DNA of 32,000 nt from Erysipelotrichaceae bacterium (GTDB taxonomy: Bacteria; Bacillota_I; Bacilli_A; Erysipelotrichales; Erysipelotrichaceae). Every line of letters begins with the position of its first letter. The stretch's first letter is position 1. Shown piece by piece: positions 26,852 to 32,000 of this stretch. A model generated the notes under the pieces. The model searched no databases and was not told where the DNA came from. It saw only the letters and a list, made by a program, of their open reading frames with translations. The stretch lies in the NCBI GenBank assembly GCA_030604855.1, contig JAUVVC010000002.1:180001-212000 (forward strand), read 5' to 3'. The position numbers were made by a program, and so were the translations under genes.

Positions 26852-28558
26852 TTAGTTATCCATTTCGATGGTCTCTGCATCGATGATTTTTGGTTCATGT
26901 GTGGTATGCACATTGAATGCAGAGCGCGCGATGTTATCCGCATGGTCAGCGATACGTTCCAATGTACCCAAGATGTCAATGAAGACGGAACTTCCAACCG
27001 CTGTCGTACATTCACTGGCACGCATGCGCTCAAAATGTCTTTGACGAGCTTTTTGTTCCAACAAGTCCACGTAACTTTCATCTTCTGAAATCGAATGTGT
27101 CAAAGCAAAGTCATCTTCGGCATAAATACGAATGGCACGATTCAACATATGCATGGTAACCTCATACATATTGTTCACATCATCCAAAGCAGAAGGTGAG
27201 AAATCTTCTTTTGCATCATAGACCAAATCATAGAACTCTGCTAGATTCATCGACAAGTCACCGATTCTTTCCAGATTCTTAACGATTTGAAGGTTGATGG
27301 AATTCGCATCCGTATCCTTCTCAGAAAGTCCTTCTTTAGAGATGATCAATAAATAATCTGTGATTTTAGAGTCGAAATTGTTAACGATGTCTTCAAGTTG
27401 ACTGACTGTGTCGATTGAAGCCTTCTGTTCCTTGTTAAACAGTTTTCGTGTTTCAAGCAAACATTCAGATGTGATCTCACCCATTTTGATCGTCGCACGT
27501 TTTGAGATTTCCAAGGCTGCCGAAGGAAGACTTTTAGCAAGTTGTAAATCAAAATCATTGGTATTGACTTCAATACGTTCTTGTTCTTCACCGCGAACAA
27601 CCTTTCGAATGATCCAAACGAGCTGTTTGATGAATGGGTAGAACAAGAGTGTTCCCCCGATATTGAAGATGATGTGTGAAATAGCAATCTGCATCATCGG
27701 CTCTATATTGAAGCGTTCTGTTATGAACATGATCAGATTGTAGTAAGGAACCAATAGGAACATCGCAATGATTGACACGAGGAAATTGAATAATGTATGA
27801 ACGCCAGCCGCTCTGCGTGCTGCCAAAGATCCGCCTAAAGCCGCTAAAATGGCTGTTATGGTCGTACCAATGTTTGAACCAAACAGGAAGGGCAGAACCG
27901 CATCGAAGGCGATGCCACCAGATTCGTAAATTTTCTGGATTATTGCAATCATCGCACTTGAAGATTGAATAAGTCCGGTCATAACTGCTCCACCAAATAG
28001 TGCAAGAAGTGGATTGTCTGACATTAACAAAGCAAGTTCATGGAACGCATCAATGTCCTTAAGAAGTTTCAAGGCAGTTCCCATGATGCTTAAACCAAAG
28101 AAAAGAATACCGAAACCGAGGACGATTTCGCCGAGATAAGCATTCTTCTTACGTTTTGAAAACAACAACATCATTGCACCGATAAAGATGAAATAGAGTG
28201 CATAACGTTCGACTTTCAAACCGACCAAGAAAGCCGTTGTCGTCGTACCAATGTTCGCACCTAAGATGATGCCAACGGCTTGGTCCAAGCGCATCAAACC
28301 TGCGCGAACAAAACCGATGGTGATTGCTGTCGATGCCGAGCTGGATTGAACAAGAATGGTCGCTACGATTCCAACCAAGACGCCCATCCAAACCTTCGTC
28401 GTATATCGATCGATGAAGTCTCTAAGTTTATCACCGGCATAGGATTTCAAACCATCACCCATGAATTTGATGCCGAATAGGAACAACCCAAAGCCACCTA
28501 GAATGGACTGCCAGTCCAAGTCTGCAAATGTATATGTTCCGCTCAGTAAAGTTATCAT
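26852..28558 (-). CDS. Na+/phosphate cotransporter family protein with C-terminal PhoU-like domains (YjbB/NptA/YqeW-like)
   Basis: GGAGG RBS (28566-28570 on the + strand). N-terminal polytopic Na/Pi-cotransporter repeats (QSSSASTAITIG and GSNIGTTITA). C-terminal LERIGDLSMNLAE and LERIADHADNIA PhoU-type motifs. Confidence 0.88.
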   Translation of the reverse strand: MITLLSGTYTFADLDWQSILGGFGLFLFGIKFMGDGLKSYAGDKLRDFIDRYTTKVWMGVLVGIVATILVQSSSASTAITIGFVRAGLMRLDQAVGIILGANIGTTTTAFLVGLKVERYALYFIFIGAMMLLFSKRKKNAYLGEIVLGFGILFFGLSIMGTALKLLKDIDAFHELALLMSDNPLLALFGGAVMTGLIQSSSAMIAIIQKIYESGGIAFDAVLPFLFGSNIGTTITAILAALGGSLAARRAAGVHTLFNFLVSIIAMFLLVPYYNLIMFITERFNIEPMMQIAISHIIFNIGGTLLFYPFIKQLVWIIRKVVRGEEQERIEVNTNDFDLQLAKSLPSAALEISKRATIKMGEITSECLLETRKLFNKEQKASIDTVSQLEDIVNNFDSKITDYLLIISKEGLSEKDTDANSINLQIVKNLERIGDLSMNLAEFYDLVYDAKEDFSPSALDDVNNMYEVTMHMLNRAIRIYAEDDFALTHSISEDESYVDLLEQKARQRHFERMRASECTTAVGSSVFIDILGTLERIADHADNIARSAFNVHTTHEPKIIDAETIEMDN

Positions 28559-28577
28559 TATTAATCCTCCGTTACTA

Positions 28578-28586
28578 ATTTTAGCA
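28578..28586 (-). promoter_or_regulatory. Extended -10 promoter candidate for the Na/Pi cotransporter gene
   Basis: The minus strand reads TGCTAAAAT (TGnTAAAAT), about 8 nt upstream of the GGAGG RBS. Confidence 0.4.
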
Positions 28587-28636
28587 GAAAATCAAGAAAT
28601 CCTGACTTCAAATTTCAATTTCTGTTCATTTGTGTA

Positions 28637-28645
28637 TGATATAAT
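28637..28645 (+). promoter_or_regulatory. Extended -10 promoter for ybeY-dgkA-cdd-era-recO-glyQS
   Basis: TGATATAAT, with exactly 9 nt between TATAAT and the ybeY ATG at 28655. No Shine-Dalgarno. Confidence 0.5.
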
Positions 28646-28654
28646 GAACTCGCT

Positions 28655-29110
28655 ATGATAAATTATCAATTCATCAACCAAAGTTCTGAGCACACATGGC
28701 AAAATTATCGTCGCTATGTGCAAACGATTTGCATGCGAACCGTAGAACATTTAATGCTCGACAAAACCTATACTTTCTCTATCATCTTATTGGATGAGGC
28801 CGCAATTCATGAGATCAATCGAGACTACCGAAAGATCGATCGTCCCACCGATGTGATCAGTTTCGCATCAATTGATGAAGACGCAATGATCGTTGCTGGT
28901 GATGAAATCGAACTAGGTGATGTCTTTATCAACGTCCATGCCATTCGATCACAGGCTGAAGATTATGGGCATAGTTTGAAGCGAGAGTTCAGCTTCTTGG
29001 TCACACATGGTCTGTTGCATTTATTAGGATATGATCATATCGAAAAGAAGGATGAAGACGTCATGTTCAAACTTCAAGAGGAAATTTTGAGTGAAATTGC
29101 ACGAAGGTAA
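28655..29110 (+). CDS. ybeY: rRNA maturation endoribonuclease YbeY
   Basis: Zinc motif HGLLHLLGYDH and TDVISFA pattern. 151 aa. Confidence 0.92.
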   Translation: MINYQFINQSSEHTWQNYRRYVQTICMRTVEHLMLDKTYTFSIILLDEAAIHEINRDYRKIDRPTDVISFASIDEDAMIVAGDEIELGDVFINVHAIRSQAEDYGHSLKREFSFLVTHGLLHLLGYDHIEKKDEDVMFKLQEEILSEIARR

Positions 29111-29459
29111 AGCACTGAATAAATTGATTTTCAAATTTCAGGTCGCGTTTAATGGATTGATTGAAGGCATTGTACATGATTTCAGCATCCGAATCCAGTT
29201 TGCATTTGCATTGTTGGCGATCATCATTGCATACATCTTTGCATTCACTTATATCGAATGGTCGATTTGGCTGTTATGCATCGCGATTGTCATCAGTCTT
29301 GAATATTTGAACAGCTCAATGGAGCAGATGATGGATCGTTTGGATCCCAGTTATCATGTCTTGACGAAAAAGGCGAAGGATCTCGGAGCTGCAGCTGTTC
29401 TGGTCAGTGCTTTGGTGAGTTTAATCATTGGGTTGATCTTCGTAATCAATCATCTATAG
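29091..29459 (+). CDS. dgkA: Diacylglycerol/undecaprenol kinase DgkA family
   Basis: Small 3-TM protein. FKFQVAFNGL, SLEYLNSSME and AKDLGAAAV patterns. GTG start overlaps the ybeY end by 20 nt. A TTG at 29097 is an alternative start. Confidence 0.82.
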   Translation: MKLHEGKALNKLIFKFQVAFNGLIEGIVHDFSIRIQFAFALLAIIIAYIFAFTYIEWSIWLLCIAIVISLEYLNSSMEQMMDRLDPSYHVLTKKAKDLGAAAVLVSALVSLIIGLIFVINHL

Positions 29460-29469
29460 GAGGAAAATC

Positions 29470-29868
29470 ATGCATAAAGAAGAAGTCTTGAAACTTGCAT
29501 TCAAAGCCATGGGGAATGCCTATGCACCGTATTCAAATTATCATGTTGGAGCTTGTGTCGTAACCAAAGACGGAACCACGTTCTTGGGCGCCAACATTGA
29601 GAATGCTTCATTTGGAGCGACCAACTGTGGTGAACGCAGCGCGATTTTCGCAGCTTATTCCAATGGTTATCGTAAAGAAGACATCGAAGCGATTGCGATT
29701 GTTACAGATGGCCATCGAATTGGAGCACCTTGCGGTATCTGCCGTCAAGTCTTATCTGAACTATTGACGGACACAACTCCGATCTATCTATCGAACGGAA
29801 TCGATACCGTTGAAAAGACGATTGATGATTTGCTACCGATGCGTTTTACCCAAGAGGATGTTCTATGA
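29470..29868 (+). CDS. cdd: Cytidine deaminase (homotetrameric type)
   Basis: AGGAGG RBS. Zinc ligand motifs CGERSA and PCGICRQ. 132 aa. Confidence 0.93.
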   Translation: MHKEEVLKLAFKAMGNAYAPYSNYHVGACVVTKDGTTFLGANIENASFGATNCGERSAIFAAYSNGYRKEDIEAIAIVTDGHRIGAPCGICRQVLSELLTDTTPIYLSNGIDTVEKTIDDLLPMRFTQEDVL

Positions 29869-30758
29869 GTTTTAAATCGGGTTTTGTTGCTTTGATTGGA
29901 CGTCCCAATGCTGGGAAAAGCACGTTATTGAATCAGATACTTAAAAACAAGCTTGCGATCGTTTCCAATAAAGCTCAAACAACACGAAATACCATTCGCG
30001 GTGTAAAGAATGGAGAGGATTATCAGATTGTCTATATTGATACACCGGGAATTCATAAGCCTCAGCATGAATTGGGTCGTCAACTCAATCGGTTGGCTTT
30101 TTCAGCTCTTGAAGGGGTTGATTTGATCTACTATCTATTGGATGTGACCAAGCCATTTGGAAAAGGGGATGAGTTCGTCCTGGATTTATGTAAACGACAG
30201 AATCTACCGATTCTATTGGTTTTGAATAAGATCGATCTGATTACCAAGAAGGCTTTGTTGGAAAAACTTTTGGCTTTTTCCGAGATGGATCTCTTTGAAG
30301 AAATCATTCCAATCAGCGCAAAGAACGATGACAACATCGAACGTCTCATAGAGGTGAGTTTAAACTTCATTCCTGAAGGTGAAGCAATTTTTAGTGATCC
30401 AGAAATGGTAGAATATCCTGAATACTTTTACATCACCGAAATCATCCGTGAACATGTCTTGCATCTTACAAATCAAGAAGTACCCCATTCCGTTGCGGTT
30501 GTATTGGATGACTTTAAAGAAGATAAAAAAGGGATATTGATTCAAGCCAGCATCATTGTAGATCGGGATTCACAAAAAGGCATATTGATTGGGAAGCAAG
30601 GATCGATGTTGGTAGAGATTGGTACGAATGCTCGCTTGGAACTGACGAAGCGATTCAATAAGCCAGTTTATTTGGATCTGATGATTAAGGTGGATAAGAA
30701 TTGGCGTAATATTCAGAAGCGAATCAACGCTTACAATAATTGGGATCTTGATGAATGA
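29865..30758 (+). CDS. era: GTPase Era
   Basis: G1 GRPNAGKST, G3 DTPG, G4 NKID. C-terminal KH domain (GKQGSMLVEIG). ATGA overlap with cdd. Confidence 0.94.
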   Translation: MSFKSGFVALIGRPNAGKSTLLNQILKNKLAIVSNKAQTTRNTIRGVKNGEDYQIVYIDTPGIHKPQHELGRQLNRLAFSALEGVDLIYYLLDVTKPFGKGDEFVLDLCKRQNLPILLVLNKIDLITKKALLEKLLAFSEMDLFEEIIPISAKNDDNIERLIEVSLNFIPEGEAIFSDPEMVEYPEYFYITEIIREHVLHLTNQEVPHSVAVVLDDFKEDKKGILIQASIIVDRDSQKGILIGKQGSMLVEIGTNARLELTKRFNKPVYLDLMIKVDKNWRNIQKRINAYNNWDLDE

Positions 30759-31509
30759 CATCACGCGTGTGATTGTATTGAGCCAAAGTGATTATCAAGA
30801 GAATGATGCCATCATCAGAGCTTTTTCGTATGATTTTGGTTTGATGAGTTTCGTTGCTAGAGGCATCCGAAAGATCAACAGTAAGAATCGCAGCATCTGC
30901 ATGCCTTTTGCGATTTCTGAGTTCCAATTCAATCAAAAGGAAAGTTCTTCAATGCAAGGCTTACTCAATGGGCAGATCATTGTGACAAATCACAAACTCC
31001 ATGAGGATTTACGCAAATACGCGATTGCGAGTTTGTGGACAGAACTTTTGGGAATGAGTCTTGAAGGGGAAAGTGATGAAGTTTTGATTCATGAATTGTT
31101 TGAAAATACGATCACACTCTTCAAGCTGATCGAAGAGTCGGATAATTATTCAGCATTCATCTTATTCATGCTTGCTAATTTCTTAGATCGTACGGGATTT
31201 GCGCCACACGTTGATTCGTGTGTTGTCTGTGATGCGAGTAAGATAAACAGTTTGTCGATTGAAGAAGGTGGCTTTGTGTGCAGTGATTGTCAAATGCATC
31301 TTCATACACCAATTTTTGAAGTGGAATTGTTGCGTGACTTCAGGCTTGCTCAGAAAGTTGGCTTCGATAAATTGAAAGATTATTTGAGTTATAAGAAACC
31401 CCATGACGACTGTGTGAAATGGATGATTCAATTTTTTGAATATCACATTGGAACACAGCTTAAAGCGTGGGAATTTATGCATAAATGGTCTATAATAGAA
31501 GAGTTATAG
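30751..31509 (+). CDS. recO: DNA repair protein RecO
   Basis: ATG at 30751 overlaps the era stop by 8 nt (the ORF-track 30748 is a TTG one codon upstream). OB-fold N-terminus. Zinc finger CVVC...CSDC. Confidence 0.88.
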   Translation: MNDITRVIVLSQSDYQENDAIIRAFSYDFGLMSFVARGIRKINSKNRSICMPFAISEFQFNQKESSSMQGLLNGQIIVTNHKLHEDLRKYAIASLWTELLGMSLEGESDEVLIHELFENTITLFKLIEESDNYSAFILFMLANFLDRTGFAPHVDSCVVCDASKINSLSIEEGGFVCSDCQMHLHTPIFEVELLRDFRLAQKVGFDKLKDYLSYKKPHDDCVKWMIQFFEYHIGTQLKAWEFMHKWSIIEEL

Positions 31510-31518
31510 GAGAGTAAA

Positions 31519-32000
31519 ATGGACATCAAATTTGAGACAATCGTCAATCATGCAAAAAGTAGTGGTTTTGTATATCAAGGTTCTGAAATTTATGGTGGTT
31601 TAGCCAATACTTGGGATTTTGGACCCTTAGGGACCTTGCTCAAAGAAAACATTAAAAACGCTTGGCGCCAAAAATTCATACAAGAGAGTTCACATAACGT
31701 TGAGATTCAATCAGCGATTTTAATGAATCCAAAAGTTTGGCAAGCAAGTGGGCATTTAGCCACCTTTAGCGATCCTTTGATGGATTGTAAGAAGTGTAAA
31801 ACACGACATCGTGCCGATAAGTTGATTGATACCTTTATGGAAGGCAAAGTCAATGCTTCGAAGATGACGCAAAGTGAAATGCAAGTCTTTATCAAAGAGA
31901 ACAACATTGGATGTCCTAATTGTGGTGCACATGATTTCACAGACATTCGTCAATTCAATTTAATGTTCAAGACGTTTCAAGGGGTTGTGGAAGATGCGAA
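31519..32000 (+). CDS. glyQS: Glycine--tRNA ligase, single-chain alpha2 type (3' end outside the window)
   Basis: Not in the ORF track (no stop in the window). AGGAG RBS at 31509-31513. MDIKFETIVNHAKSSGFVYQGSEIYGGLANTWDFGPLG...NAWRQKF...KVWQASGHLATFSDPL is the canonical GlyQS N-terminus. Confidence 0.92.
   Translation, partial: MDIKFETIVNHAKSSGFVYQGSEIYGGLANTWDFGPLGTLLKENIKNAWRQKFIQESSHNVEIQSAILMNPKVWQASGHLATFSDPLMDCKKCKTRHRADKLIDTFMEGKVNASKMTQSEMQVFIKENNIGCPNCGAHDFTDIRQFNLMFKTFQGVVEDA

Noticed and set aside
19671-28558. The Pho gene block as a horizontally acquired island or mobile element.
   Set aside because: No integrase, transposase, flanking direct or inverted repeats, tRNA target or obvious compositional break. 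All genes are ordinary chromosomal Pho functions. I treat it as a rearrangement of core genes, not a mobile element.
28613-28638. A possible Pho box for the Na/Pi cotransporter gene. The minus strand reads CATACA, TGAACA and TTGAAA at 10-nt spacing.
   Set aside because: The hexamers match the TT(A/T/C)ACA consensus at only 4/6, 5/6 and 4/6, in very AT-rich DNA. They also overlap the ybeY -10 box. This is too weak to call without a genome-wide matrix scan or binding data.
264-31953. About 50 short (60-140 aa) ORFs in the six-frame track lie antisense to or nested in long genes. Examples: 264-539(-), 1179-1595(-), 2599-2904(-), 7472-7828(-), 15505-15810(+), 18184-18507(-), 27346-27687(-), 31707-31946(-).
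   Set aside because: Each lies fully inside a long ORF with unambiguous family motifs. They have no RBS or promoter, and their low-complexity, Cys/Arg/Ser-rich composition is typical of shadow frames in AT-rich DNA. I do not count them as genes.
1-32000. CRISPR arrays, tandem repeats, rRNA, tRNA or other structured RNA genes, riboswitches, toxin-antitoxin pairs and defence systems.
   Set aside because: No intergenic region exceeds about 110 nt. Promoters, RBSs and terminators account for all of them. No repeat-spacer periodicity or tRNA-like sequence was seen by eye, and every long ORF except two has a housekeeping assignment.

Overview
This window looks like ordinary core chromosome from an AT-rich, low-GC Bacillota-type bacterium. 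It uses the standard genetic code, for example TGA is the stop at 3835-3837. I call 36 protein genes, 34 of them on the + strand, mostly tightly packed with overlapping stop and start codons. Two were missing from the ORF track: rpsU (59 codons) and a 3'-truncated glyQS. In order: ftsK (5'-truncated); a BMP-lipoprotein nucleoside-type ABC transporter of four genes; pncB (-); an inactive/active M16 peptidase pair; a tail-less SSB paralog; thyA-folA plus a degenerate acyltransferase-like ORF; a gapless eight-gene chain scpA-scpB-rluB-rsmE-orphan-mtaB-murE-deoC; rpsU; phoH-phoP-phoR; pstSCAB-phoU; a convergent Na/Pi cotransporter (-); ybeY-dgkA-cdd-era-recO-glyQS. From rsmE to glyQS the order follows the conserved Bacillus subtilis yqe/yqf housekeeping block. 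I found no rRNA, tRNA, CRISPR array, transposase, integrase, phage gene or recognisable defence gene, and I cannot support a claim of a novel multi-gene system here. Points worth a second look: (1) a complete Pho module sits between phoH and ybeY, with phoH translationally coupled to phoP and a clear four-repeat Pho box in front of pstS; (2) an orphan 258-aa ORF is coupled on both sides between rsmE and mtaB; (3) a PlsC-like ORF coupled to folA appears to have lost its catalytic motifs; (4) a stand-alone SSB lacks the C-terminal tail and has phased TAAACA repeats upstream; (5) scpA and ybeY both show a TGnTATAAT-N9-ATG arrangement with no Shine-Dalgarno, suggesting leaderless or near-leaderless mRNAs. 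All homology calls come from motif recognition by eye. No searches were run.
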